DNA of 64,000 nucleotides, taken from contig JANJGN010000024.1 of the NCBI GenBank assembly GCA_026770705.1, positions 14,818,001-14,882,000 on the forward strand, in the 5' to 3' direction. The stretch comes from Isurus oxyrinchus. Taxonomy: Eukaryota. The translations under genes and the position numbers were made by a program. The notes under the pieces were generated by a model, which was given only the letters and a program-made list of their open reading frames with translations, had not been told where the DNA came from and searched no databases. Below, in pieces: positions 26,401 through 39,427 of the stretch. The stretch's first letter is position 1; each line of letters starts with the position of its first letter.

Positions 26401-26942
26401 CACCTAGCCAAATTGTCCAGTTAAGTATTTTTTTTTAAAATTTTACTCAATTAAAATTGGTGCATGGCACACTCTTTAAAAATGTTCAGTTTTCGGACAA
26501 CTCCAGCTTTTGGACAGCGAGATTTGAGACACTATTGCACTTAAAACAAAATCTACTCCTCCAATCTAATCTAGCAGCAAACAGCAATTTGAGAATGAAA
26601 ACACTCCAGATAAAGGCCGTTTGACAGTACTGAATGGTGGGTTATTCCCTGGAGGGATATCAAGGCTGTGAGCTGTCCTCCCTCCCTTGAAGATGAAGTG
26701 ACACACATTAACAAGCATTGTTAGATCTACTGACAAGTTATTCAAAGTCATGCTTGGGGCAAGTGGGTTTAGGCACCTGAATCAGCCACATGGGGAATAG
26801 CAATGCCAGATTATTACAGAATTCTGGGGACCTGATGACATGGTAATTACAAGAGTAAACTGTAAGTAGGCGGGTTGTTATCCAAGGCTCGAGATTGTGT
26901 TACAAGCTGCAACTCGCTCCAACCCAACTATTATTTGAGTAT

Positions 26943-27375
26943 AAAAAACTGCGGATGCTGGAAATCCAAAACAAAAACAGAATTACCTGGAAAAACTCAG
27001 TAGGTCTGGCAGCATCGGCAGAGAAGAAAAAAGTTGACGTTTTGAGTCCTCATGACCCTTCAACAGAACCTTGAGTATACTTTGAGTGCCCTGCTATCCA
27101 TTCTTAATTAGCACATTCGTTTAGATAATATCACCACCTTCAACACTTCTTTGTTCCTTTGTCTGTGACACATTTTGATTATCTGCTCCTATCACTGCTT
27201 GCTTGTCCCTACAACCCTCCCCCCACCACCTTAAACCAGCTTATATTTCACCCCTTTTCTAATATTCAGTCAGTTCTGTTGAAGGGTCATGAGGACTTGA
27301 AACGTCAACTCTTTTCTTCTCCGCTGATGCTGCCAGACCTGCTGAGTTTTTCCAGGTAATTCTGTTTTTGTTTTT
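26943..27375. mobile_element. Miniature PLE inverted twin
   Basis: Two tail-out 3' ends; exact TSD TATTATTTGAGTAT at 26929-26942 and 27376-27389. Confidence 0.9.
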
Positions 27376-28942
27376 TATTATTTGAGTATGTCACGTGGGC
27401 TTTTCAGTGATCAGTGAGGTCTCATGTGGAATTGAATTCTACAAACTGTCATCTCCGTAACAGAACCAGCCAGTTGGAAATAGATCCTGGGAATTTCAGC
27501 TGTTCATTATCTCTCTTGACCCCCATCCCAGAGATACATGATTATTAATTGATTAATAATTGCACTTCGTGAATTGCTCCTTCAGAGGGCTGTAGCCAAA
27601 TTTGGTTGTATGGTTCTATTATTTTTCGTCTCATGTCCCAGGCCCCCTCCAAACACTTCTGTAATCAAGCCAGTTCTCTTTGTTGCTAAATTGTCAAGTT
27701 TATGTTGCACAGTTACTACAATGTTATATTATCATTGTCATTCTGCTTGGAACTTTTTCTGGCATCAGGTCACTTAAGCTGGCCAAGGGTGGTCTTTATA
27801 GGTGGGATCAAAACTCAACCCTCTGAAGCCAGAGTAAAAAGGTATCTTCAAACAACCAAGTAAAATGGGTACTGCGGGGACATCTGTGTTGGCTTCACTA
27901 TCTTGGCTCTAATCAGGATGGCAGAGTTTCACAAGTGTTGTTCTCTTCCGAGGTGTTTATGTTAGTGTCACCTCAGGTAGTGCCTTTGCCATCAGAGGCC
28001 ACCCTTTAAGGTAAACAATCCTCCACAAACGATGCCACACAGCACTCTTCAATTTAAGCTGCTCACTCTCTGCCCTCTGCGGATGTCATTTGCCAGCTGC
28101 TCACTGGCTTCAGTTGCCCATTGGTAAGTGTGCAAGGGTTGTCAAATCTGAACTGTCTTTGATTCCTTAACCACTTTCTAATGATTGGAATTGGGGGCCA
28201 GTTGAAGAGAAAAGGAGGAACAATGGAAGGGTTGTTTTGGGGAGGGGGCGGGAGTGGTGGGGGAGGCCTCAATTTTTCCTTATGTTGTATTTTCTTTAGG
28301 TGGTATAAAAGTCAGGAATTAACCACCTGGCATTCCCCTATCGCAGACCAGGATCCTGGCACTCCCATGGTATGTCATCACACCAGCAGACTGTGCCATT
28401 GATTGGGTCACTACAACTCTCTTGGAAGAAAATTGTGCAATCCTACTGGTTAAGGTTGGAGTCACAATTTTCTTTCTACTTTAAACACAGGATGGGTACC
28501 ACAGACCTTGCTGGGTGTCCGGGGAGCTTGTGGCTTTTAGAATTCCTATTTTTGGCTGCCTGCAAGATTTGTGGTAGTAAATGTAGCCATGAGCCATACA
28601 GATCATCAGGTCTCAATTCTGTCTTTAGTGAGCCGGACTGAGCCAGGCATAGTGACGAGACTGCTAACATTGGCCTCAACGGCCTTTGTGTGGATGATAA
28701 ATGATGACATGACCACACTTGGCTATGATATCCATTGTTAAAAACTCTGCCAGGTTTCTTCTGACAGAAGGCCCCATGTGAAAGTTATTGGGAGGTGGTC
28801 AGCACACCCCATTGGAGCCACAGCCCGGGATGAGTTAGTGCCCGTGAGCAATCACACATATTCTTCACTAAAATGTAAATTTAAAGAAAAAACAAAATGC
28901 CTGCAAAGCGGTAACCATGGCATTAGAATGGCGACATCGTAC

Positions 28943-29175
28943 CTTGCGTAGTATTTTGCCACAGGGAGGCCACCCAAAGCCTTGGGCCAACCCATTAAAG
29001 AACCAGAGCACAACAAAAGCAGTGACGGTGGAGCTCCACGAGAAGACGATATTTATCACCCCGACCAGGAATAATCCAATGCAGAAAAGCATTCGAGCAC
29101 TGATCTGATCAGACAGAACTCCGCTGATGAACTTACTGATAGCATAGGCTAGTGACTGGCTACTGGTTATCAGAC
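28943..29175 (-). CDS. SLC37A4: SLC37A4 coding exon 2
   Basis: TTCCTGCAG acceptor, AAG|GTACGA donor; 233 nt; [23 protein letters not shown]...[11 protein letters not shown]. Confidence 0.97.
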
Positions 29176-30017
29176 CTGCAGGAATAAAACAAATCTGGAT
29201 TAGATTACAAACTTTAATGCACTCCAATGTACAATTCCCCATTCTCACTGCACAATTGCTAAAGCCCAGTGTTGTCCCATCTTCTATGTCGAGACTATTG
29301 TGCTGTCTCTGGGCTGAATAAACAGCAGCTTAAGATTTCTTGTTCTATTTCAACAGGACACCAGGTTTGAACTGGTTTAAACATCATTTTAGGATTGGTA
29401 TATCCATAAGTTATCTTTCCATTTTTCACCCTTTTAATTATCTCTGTACCAACATTCAGTTGATATTCCACTTCACTGCATAACCATTGGCCAGGATGGC
29501 AGAATTAGATCTCTCTCTGCTTGCCCCTCCCACCTCTCCACTTGCGATTCTTGATATTCTCACAGCTCAGATAGGGAACACGCACGCTTCCTCAGAAACT
29601 AACTTCCAAAAACCTTTATTCCCCTATTCAGTGAAGAAACAAATATAAAGTGATAGTTAATGTCCAAACCCCAGATAGAACATGAACACAGGGTCGACTG
29701 TTATTCATGCCAGTCCTAACAGCTGGCATGCAAATAGGTCACATCACCATTACCAGTCTCTCTACACTCATGTCTGACTTTTGCTTCAAAATTTCATTAA
29801 TTAAATCAGTTTAAGTGCAAATGTTTCCTCTCATTGTTTCCTATAACCTCTCCTGAAGTCCCTCCTCCAGATTACAAGACAGTCATGGGCATCTTCAAGT
29901 CCACAACAGCTCTTAAGACAGGACACAAGAGATGAATTTCCCTCTCCCGCCCCAGACTAGTGACTGCAGTCGCAGAGTAAGATCACATCCAGTTCGACGC
30001 ATTCCTTGGCTGGGGGA

Positions 30018-30047
30018 GGGTGGTGGTGGTGGTGGTGGTGGTGGTGG
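30018..30047 (+). repeat. (GGT)n microsatellite
   Basis: About 9 GGT units. Confidence 0.85.
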
Positions 30048-30310
30048 GGGGACGGTGGTGGGGGTGTGTGCGGACACCAACCCAGTCCTTGGTACAAAAA
30101 CAAAATATTGTGGATGTTGGAAATCTGAAATAAAAACACAAAATGCTAGAAATACTCAACAGGTCTGACAGCGCTGTGGAGAGAGAGAAACAGAGTTAAC
30201 ATTGTAGGTTGATGACCTTCCATAAACACCGGCTCCTGGTCCTGCATTGTACATCTGCAGCAACATTCAGTATTTTATACTACTTCACAAGAAGAAAGTT
30301 ACGTACTCAC

Positions 30311-30452
30311 CCAAATCATCTTTTTCCAAGGTCACTTCCTCCATAATAGAGGGCATCACAAACGAGAAGGTTTTTCTATTGAAGTAATACAGCGTGTAGC
30401 CCACAAACATGGCAGTGAAGATGCTGATCCTGTAGTAGCCGTAAGAAGCCAT
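30311..30452 (-). CDS. SLC37A4: SLC37A4 (G6PT) coding exon 1
   Basis: ATG at 30452; [48 protein letters not shown] matches the G6PT N-terminus; donor G|GTGAGT; 142 nt, phase 1. Confidence 0.97.
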
Positions 30453-30840
30453 TTTGATCAGCTTTTGGCAATTGTCGACTAAAGTTGGAAGCACAGGACA
30501 CTAACTGATGATGGCGGGTTTTATACAGCCACTGGCCTCTTTCTCAATGATTAGATCAAGTACACACGAGATAAATAATAATGCACCTATTATCTGACAA
30601 TGCATAGAGCTGTTAGATAAGATACTTTTGGATTAAGAAATGAGGTAGGACAATTGCAACTTTGAGAGTTAACAGAATGGGAGGGTGAAAAAAAAATCAA
30701 AGACGGCAAACTTCACTGTCCGATTCCACTTTGATGTTTCTTGTATATTTTGTGCGTTGATTGATTTTGTTAAAGCTTTTGTTTGTTATGCTGGCAAAAC
30801 ATTAACTGCGAGGGTCCAAGGGAGTGAAGCCGTCATTACC
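30453..30840 (-). other. SLC37A4: Probable 5' UTR part of the first coding exon of SLC37A4
   Basis: Strong acceptor TTTTTTTTTCTTGTTTCTCTTTCAG| ending at 30841; contains short upstream ATG ORFs. Confidence 0.5.
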
Positions 30841-31549
30841 CTGAAAGAGAAACAAGAAAAAAAAACTGCTGAACGCATGCAGAGGCTTTTCTAGTTGTGA
30901 GAAATAGGAATTTGTTAATGATTACACAGCACAACACACTGGATTGGGATCACAATCATAGTTCGATTGATTTGATCTCCTTTCGTGAATCACAAAATAA
31001 TTGCATGTTTTACTAAACTGTTTAGCACCATTTGCCCAAGTGATTTTGACAGGTTTAAATGAAGCTGCTACTGGCCAAGCTCTTGCTCTTAGGGTGGTAA
31101 CAATCCCACCCCACTCCATCACAATAAGGGACATTTTTTTCAATTCGTCCATGATGTTAAATGTTTGCAATCAGCACCGAATCGAAATCTTTAAAGACAC
31201 ACTACACTCCTTCACATTTATATAATGCCACACCATTTTCTCCTTTGCCAGCTCCCTCCCTGAAACAGTAACTTAGCCAACGGTTTCACATGTTGGAGGC
31301 AGGGCTTATGGAACCTCTGCTACTTTGCCCAAGTGGTGAATTCTGAGGCAGTCAGAAAGTAGAAGTTTTGTATCCTATTAACTGTGGGAGGCGCAAGTCT
31401 GAGACCCTCTCCTCAATCAGTATCACATGTTCACCATCCAGATGGGGTACTTTGTTGGTCATCAGGTGTGGGAACCCTGGCCCATTTTCTCCTTAACCTG
31501 GGTTTCACCCACAGTTTCAATCGGAACCGAGCCTGATTCTGTCTGCTCT

Positions 31550-31791
31550 TGTTGTAGTATAAAGGGTTAGCTTATGGGATATGCTAATGTATGACATAGA
31601 TGATGATGTACCACTGACACCAGTCAGTCACGTGCTAGACTCTCAAGAGTGAGGTTGGACTCATGCCTAGGAGCAACACGCCTCTGTTATTTGTTAAGGT
31701 GTAGTACTAATAAACAGGTGTTAAGCAGATACCAGAGTACACAGTCTGTCTACTAACCAGGTCCCATGCCAAGTGTCCAAGATAGAACACA
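31550..31791 (+). mobile_element. Possible solo LTR
   Basis: TGT...ACA termini, internal AATAAA, about 240 bp; TSD not clean. Confidence 0.4.
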
Positions 31792-34700
31792 TCTCAAAAT
31801 ACTTTTGATGTGCACTTTCCACCCACTCTGATTATGGACAGAGGTAAGGGGCAGGAACACTTGTCGCAAATAAATCAGCTGTTGCGCTTTCTACATTCAC
31901 AATAGACCTGCTGGCTTGGATAGCTCCTTCTGTGATGATTTAAACAATGATTTAAACAATGACTCCACTTCAAAAGTATTGCACTGGCTTTAAAGCACTT
32001 TTGGGGGTCCTGAAATCATGAAAGCCACTATATAAATGTACTTTTCTCTTTTTTACTTTGCAAGCTTTTCTGGGGTCCACCAAAACTTTTAAAGATAGCC
32101 CCAAGTTGCTCAAATGGTCCTTTCTTCAAGAATTGCAAAGTCTCACAAAACAATGCTTTCAGTACAGCATATTTGATCTCACGCTGTGGATGAGCAATGT
32201 AACAACCGGGCTGTTTGCATCTTATTATTCTGAACACTGTCATTAATTGTTACACAGAATTCTGCTGTAGCTGCGATAACCGAGGATGTTGTTTCTGTGC
32301 AACTTGGACCAGCGAGCCTAGTACAAAATTACTTTTTGTGCAAACTGCCCTGAGAATGTGGCTTGACATCCAGCCTTTTTGGCCCAAATTTTTCCTTTCC
32401 CCTCAAGAACAGGTCTCTCCCTGCAGCAATAATTTTCATCTTGATATCAAATAGCATGAGAGAGCCTCCTTCAGTCTATACAGGCAGGGCTTCCTCAATG
32501 GTTATGTGACAGCGCCTTCCAAACCCATGACCTATACCACCTAGGACAAGAGCAGAGAATGTATGGGAACACCAAGTTCCCCTTCAAGCCACTCACCACC
32601 CTGACTTGAACTATGTCACTGTTCCTTCACTGTCACTGGGTCAAGATCCTGGAACTCCCTTCATAACAGCACTGTGGGTGTACCTACGCCACATGGACTG
32701 CAGCAATTCAAGAAGTAGCTCACCGCCACCTTTTCAAGGGCCAATTAGGGGTGGGCAAGAAATGCCAGCCTAGCCAGCGATGCCCAAATCCCACGAAAGA
32801 AAAGAAACTTCTCATCTTTTGGCTCCGAACTGTCCAAACTCAAAGGCAGAATGATTACATGCATTCGTATTACATAAAATGTATGACATAGTAACAGGCC
32901 ATTCAGCCCCACCAGATCATGCTGGCATTTATGCTCCAGTTGAGCCCCCTACATTTCCACATCTAAAAAACCCTCTATTCCATGTCCCCTTAAAGACATG
33001 TCTAGCTCCCGCTTAAATGTATCTACACTATGCGTTTCAACCACTCCCTGTGCCCTACTTTTTTGGTGGCAAGGCACAACGGAGAATGGAACTTGAACCC
33101 CGGAAATGCCCTAATCAAGGGAAACTTAGATTCTTCAGGATATAAACTTCCAGCAGAAGGGACATCACTAAACCTGGCTCCCTGTGCAAAGGGGTTCTGA
33201 GGAAGACAGCTTTACCTTCTCACCTAGGGGTCTGGAACTCAGCGGCTGAAAGGGTAGTAGAGGCAGAAACTCTCAACTCATTTAAAAGGTGTCTGCACCT
33301 CAAGTGCCGTAACCTGTAGGGCTACAGGCCAAATGCTGGAAAGTGGGATTAGGCTAGGCAGCTCGTTTTTTTGATTGGTGCCAACACAATGGGCCAAGTG
33401 TCCTCTTTCTGTGCTGTAAATTTCTACGATTCTATCCACGTTCTGCTGCATCAGGGAGCATACCCTCCTTCCTTGTCCTGCTTCAGAAAGAGTTGGGACG
33501 TTCAACAGATCAATCTAGAGGAGAGTAATTAGTTCTAGCCTGTAGACAGCACATCTGTGACGATGAGGTGAGGGCAGCATCACGCCCGCCTGTGATGATC
33601 CAGAAATAATCACAGTCTAGGAATATGGCCATTTAAACAAAGTACTATAATCCTGGCAGTGCCTTCAGGTGGGGAGAAATCAAAAAGAACCAAAAAGATT
33701 AAAAGCTACACATTAAGAATTATGTGCAACACAACTACACTATTTAAAAATAAAAAAATATATAGAAATACCTACCCAGTACAAAACTCCTGCCACCATC
33801 GTTGAAAATAAATTGGCCATTGTCCAAATTAGACATGTCCAGAGAAACACAGAGAGAAGTTAAAACGCAAAAGAATCATAACAGGTCGATCTACAGTCAT
33901 GACTTCCCACTTTACAACAGTGACTACACTTCAGGAGTACGTCATTGACTGTGAAGTGATTTCTAAAATTACAAGGTTGTGAAGTATGCTAAGAGCAGGT
34001 CTTTCTTTTTTTACACTGACACATTGCTTTGGAATGGGATTATTATTAAGCCCCTACTCGAGTGCCTGGAATCAGTTACATATAGTGAAAAGTTGTCAAA
34101 GTTGCTCAACAGTATTTCAGAAAGTCACAGTGAATTATTTACCACATTGTACTGGTAGCTTAATGGTTCCCAGTTCCATCAGATATATTTCTGTGGAACT
34201 CCATAGCTGACAGTGGATTGAGCAACATGCAGGTTTTGCAGTATGTGAATCAATCTGAAAATGAGGGAAATTCTAATTCTGCTCTCAGGGTGACTGATAT
34301 GAGTTAGTTATCTAGGTCATACTAATGATTTAAAGGGCTTGATGATGTGGCATAAGACAATCTGTGTCCTCATCACCACCTTATAACAGCCCAAAGTTAC
34401 ATCAACCATGGCTATAGCTTTCAAAACCCCTCTCTAGCACCTGCCACTAAGCGTAGAATATTCATTACTGAGTGCCATAAAATAATGAATCCAATCTTGA
34501 TGCAGATCAAAAATCTCACCTTGTTTGCTGGTTAAATGAACTAGTCAGCCTATTTTCTACTTGAATTCACAGTGGTACAGAAAAAGAACACACTGAGGGC
34601 ATGATTGAAACAGAGAACACTAGTGTCTCCAAGAAAAGGATTTAACCTAAAACTAATTGTGGTAAATAAGCGAGGAAGACTGCATTTATAGCATTTACAG

Positions 34701-35891
34701 CACCTTAACATCTTTCAAACTTCCCAACCTCACATAGAATGAATAACTCAAATTAATTATTGTTAATTTATATAGAGGAACAAAGGAATGTTGAACAAAC
34801 AATAAGGAGATGGGTGACTATTTAAAGCTGTTCATTGGTTTAACTGGTTGAGAGAGAAGCATTAGGCAACAAGAACACTTCCTGCTCATCTTTAAATATG
34901 CCATGGATCACCTCACAAGGGCTGGGCAGAGGCTACATCTGAATGATGCAACCTCCAATGATGTGGCACTGCACTGGCAGGTTCAGCTTAAGTTATCTGC
35001 CCAAGTCCTGAAGTTGAAGTGACAACTTTGTGCCTCAGAGGCAAGAGGGTTGTCAAAAACACCCAAGCTTTCAATGTCCCAAGGATTCAAAAATCACCAC
35101 ATAAGAGACATGCAGGGAATCAAAGCAGATCACTGCCCCCATTTATCTCGAACAGAAATCTTATCACTTACCAATAATTTCACAACACTGAAGGTTCTGT
35201 TTTGCAAGAACAACCTCCCCTCGCTATAATAGCTTTACATTGGTTAGCCTTTTCCTAAAAACTTGTAATAATCAATTTTAAATAGCACAGCAGTTTACAT
35301 TTAAATACCATCCATCATTTAAACGCATCTATGCTATGTATCTATGTAGTAGCAATAGCCACATTCCCATTATCCTCTGGATTAATAACTTGCTCCTGAA
35401 TTCCTTATTGGGTTTAGTATTGAATAGTCTATATTTATGACCCTAGTCATAGATTAATTAATATATGCTATGCATCCAATATTATTAACACTTAAAGGAT
35501 CCTGGCGTTAAGTTTGTCATCACAATTTGCTGACTGTGAGAAGACAGGTTTATTGCATTAACAGTTCACGAAATATTTAATATAAAAAGGAGTAAATCTA
35601 TGAGATAAGTTAATTGCATTAATAACCTGCTGTCGGCATGTTAGGACACTCGGTGACATCTCCAGGTCAGAGGGATGCTCATTACAACAGAGAATAGATA
35701 CATACAAAAACACTTATTTTAAAATAAAATAATGGTAAAAAGGCAAAAAAAATGATTGGTTCAGTTCTGTTAATGCGTGGCAGCAACATTGAATGCATTA
35801 GCCCAAACGATGCCTCATTTCCTCTCTACAGTTTCCCTGCAGTGTTTGGAGGTTTGCAGTGTAAGAATGAGGTTTTCTCACTCATTCTTAC

Positions 35892-36010
35892 CTGATTGAA
35901 TTTGTTAGTCAAGGACTCCGCCAGGCATCCGACCGACCCCAACGAAGCAGCCCCAACAGCAACTCCTCTCGCCCCGCTAGCCAAGCTGTTCCACCCACAC
36001 CACTGGACTG
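35892..36010 (-). other. SLC37A4: Candidate non-coding first exon of SLC37A4
   Basis: CAG|GTAAGA donor at 35891 adjacent to a CpG-enriched patch and CCAAT boxes; 5' end is approximate. Confidence 0.5.
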
Positions 36011-36260
36011 GCCAGCCGGTCCAGTCAGGACTATATGATTGGTCAGCGCCGCTGTCAATCACTCGGGAGGCGGACCCGTATGTCTGGGATCTCGAACTCA
36101 TCATTTACATATTGCCGGGGAGCTCTCTCTGTTTGGACAGTGAAAGCATCAATCTAGGAGAGTGCGGATCTGATTGGCCGGAGCCCTTGCTGTATCCATT
36201 TCTTGTCAATCGAGCCTTGCTGTGACCCAGAGAAGCTGCTGAAAGGAGAGATTTCACTGG
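35900..36260. promoter_or_regulatory. CpG-enriched, probably bidirectional promoter with CCAAT boxes
   Basis: ATTGG at 36038-36042 and 36173-36177, GGGAGGCGG box at about 36065, locally high CpG in unique sequence, splice donors diverging on both strands. Confidence 0.6.
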
Positions 36261-36399
36261 ATTATTATAAAACAGGATTCAGATTAAACTCTGCATTACT
36301 ACAGGATGCAACATTGCCCATCTGTGTATGAGATGGGCGAGGGTAAAGACCCAGCTGCCCTCTTTGTTACTGGCGGAAATGACCATTTGATCGCAGGTA

Positions 36400-36703
36400 A
36401 CTCCAGTTTTGCCAGGCAGGGTCGGAACTGACGTTTACTGTCAGCAGAGCATCAGGGACAGCCAGACTTCCGCATCGGCACACAATGGAGAGAGTGCGAG
36501 AGCCTCAAAACACCCAGAGCCAGAGGCACAGGTAGCAGGTGAGCCTTACACTGCTCAGCCTCAGCTCCAGGTGAGTGCCTCCCTCCTGCTGCAGGAGCGA
36601 CCTCAGCCTGCCAGGACTTCAGCTCTGCCCCGACTGACTGACTGACACTCGAGAAAGGAGCAGAACTTGCCATTGATCGACCTCAATGCAGAAATCAAGG
36701 CAG
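36400..36703 (+). other. Candidate first exon(s) of an unidentified plus-strand gene
   Basis: GC-rich unique sequence with clustered consensus donors (CAG|GTGAGC ~36538, CAG|GTGAGT 36570, CAG|GTAAGT 36703, ATG|GTAAGT 36831); no recognisable protein. Confidence 0.4.
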
Positions 36704-37459
36704 GTAAGTGGCACTCGGAGCGTACCAGTCCAAAATGGATTGTCTTTTTTTTCCCCCTCTAAAGTTCACGATTGGTTCATCAACTGCAAAGTTTCTAACC
36801 TGCATCGGGCTGCAGCCTGACAACCCGAATGGTAAGTGAGGGTTGGACTTGCTTTATGTCAATAAAGGCATACAGTTACTGATGTTACATATGGGAGGCT
36901 GTAATTGTCAAGTCTTGTGACTTTTTAATGAGTCCTACGATGTTTGGGTGTCAGTGCATAGGATAACACAGTGGATGATTTCATTGCTGAAGTAGAGTTA
37001 CGGTAATAATAGGGGTAATAATAGCTATTCACGACCTCTGTATTTTGTTCTTCCACCCCCCCCCCCCCCATTCTTCCCTCTCCCATGCCATGTGCCATGA
37101 AGTAGATAACAGACCTCTTCCTAGTGCTTGATTGTGTCTATCATTAGAGAACAAATTTTTTTAACTGTTCACATTTCTGCTTTGTTGCTGCTGTCCTGAA
37201 AGGAAGAAAATTTCTTTATTATAATCCAGTGCTGCTTATTTTTTCTCTCTCTAGTGGAAAGTTCTATGCAGCTGGCTAAATTTGAACAAATCCATTCTGT
37301 ATGAAATAATTATCTAGTTTCTCTCCAACTATGTTTCTTTTTTAAAGTCTCAAACAAAACTTTGTACTAAACTAAAACAATGGGTGCAGGGTTAAATGGT
37401 ATGTAATCCTTGTTCTACTAAATACAGTAACCCAAAGACCCAGGCTAATTCTCTGGGGA

Positions 37460-37607
37460 TAAAAAAAAATGCGGATGCTGGAAATCCAAAACAAAAACAT
37501 AATTACCTGGAAAAACTCAGCAGGTCTGGCAGCATCGGCGGAGAAGAAAAGAGTTGACGTTTCGAGTCCTCATGACCCTTGTAAGGGTCATGAGGACTCG
37601 AAATGTC
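37460..37607. mobile_element. Miniature PLE inverted twin inserted in a SINE
   Basis: TSD AATTCTCTGGGGA at 37447-37459 and 37608-37620; palindromic GAGTCCTCATGACCCTT-GT-AAGGGTCATGAGGACTC centre. Confidence 0.9.
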
Positions 37608-38682
37608 AATTCTCTGGGGACCCAGGTTCAAATCCCACCACGGCAGATGGTAAAATTTGAATTCAATAAAAATCTGGAATTAAAAGTCTGATGACGACCA
37701 TGAAACCATTGTCGATAGTTGTAAAAACCCATCTGGTTCCTTTAGGGAGGGAAATTTGCTGTCCTTACCTGGTCTGGCCCATATCTGACTCCAGACCCAC
37801 AGCAATGTGGTTGACTCTGAAAGAGGGCAATTAAGGATGGACAATAAATGCTGGCCTAGCCAGCGACACCCATGGAAAAGAAAGGTCTCTGCTCTCCTCA
37901 AATTCTGGCATCTTGAGCTTCCCAAATTTTAATTGCTCCACCATTGCTGTGTCTTCAGCTGCCTGGACCCTAACCTTTGAAATTCCCTCCCTAAACATCT
38001 CCATCTTGCTTTCCCCATTAAAAACTACCTCTTTGGCCAAGCTTTTAGTCATTTAACCTAATATCCCCTTATGTGGCTCAGTGTCACATTTTGTTTTATA
38101 GTGCTCTTTTGAAGCACCCTGGAAATTTTTATTATATTAAAGGCATTACATCCATGATTTATTGAGCAAAATGGCCTCTATTATGCCCCAACAATGTGTC
38201 TCCCATATCCATCCCTGAAACACCCTGTCTTACTTTCTATCTTTTAAGATGTCCCTTGAGACCTACCTCTAATCAAACTTTTGCCCATCTCCTTAATATC
38301 TTCTTATGTGCCTCCGTGTCATATTTGTTTGATAACGCTCCAGTGAAGTGCCTTGGGATGTTTTGTTCCATTAAAGTGCTATACATGCTATTGTTGGAAA
38401 AATACATTTGATGAAGTTTATCAGCTCTTGTGCTAAATGTTCTTGAATTTGCATTAGCTTTCAATGTAATCCTCTCTCTCTCTCTCTTCCCTTTGGTTTC
38501 ATCTCTATAATATGTTGCGAGGGTTTTGTGATGAATATAAAGATTTTTTTGTGGGCATTTCCTTCCTTACTAGCTTGTTGTTTTGGCAAACAGTCTTTGA
38601 AGTTTTTACAGACTTTTACAAGCCATTAATCTCTTTTCTGTCACATTCCATCCTTACCGCTTGAATCTCTGAATTTTTGTCT

Positions 38683-38811
38683 CAAACGAAAACAGAAACT
38701 GCTGGAAAAACTCAGCAGGCCTAACAGCATCTGTGGAGAGAAAAACAAAGTTAATGTTTTGAGTCCATATGACTCTTCTTCAGAGCATCCGCAGTATTTT
38801 GCTTTTGTATT
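38683..38811. mobile_element. Miniature PLE: 3' end plus inverted tip
   Basis: Left arm lacks the tip; the right ~28 nt is the tip inverted (AGCATCCGCAGTATTTTGCTTTTG); short TTTGTCT direct repeat flanks. Confidence 0.75.
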
Positions 38812-39427
38812 CTTTGTCTGTTTGCTTGACTTCTGCTTGTAGCTTCACTGCCTTTCTGACATGTGCTGCTAAGTCTGACTGCTGGTTTTTTGAACAGACC
38901 TTTGTCATCCAACGGAGCAGCAGTCTCTAGAGCAAACAAGCAGCAGAATAAGGCAATGTTATTGTTTTCATTTTTTTTTCTTGTGGATTCAAGCCCCATT
39001 TCAGAGGCTTGACCACCTAATCTAGGCTGACTGTTCAACGCACCCTGGCCTCAGCACTACAGTGTCAGAGGTGATGTCCTTTTGATGAGACATTAAACCA
39101 AGGCCCCATCAGCCCTCTTGGTGGGAATTATTTGAAAGAAGAGCAGGAGAGTTATCCCTGATGTCCTGGCCAATATTTATCCCTCCATTAACATCACTAA
39201 ACAGATTATCTGGCTATTTATCTGTCGGATCTTTGCTGTGTAAAAAGGTGATGGTGTTCCTCAATATTGCATCTTTTTCTAAAGTACTTGATTGGCTGTA
39301 AAGCACTTTGAGACATCCTGAGGTTGTGAAAAGTGCTATATAAATATAATTTATTTCTCGAACTTGTCCTTATGCTTCTTTAAACCTAGTTAATTTTCTC
39401 CCTTCATCTCCCAAAGGTGTTGACACC

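Noticed and set aside
26943-27375. Mini twins interpreted as MITE-type DNA transposons
   Set aside because: Arms are unequal, junctions differ in every copy, TSD length varies (11-15 bp) and the sequence is the PLE 3' end
36038-36177. Possible ER stress response elements at the CCAAT boxes
   Set aside because: No CCACG at 9-nt spacing from either CCAAT
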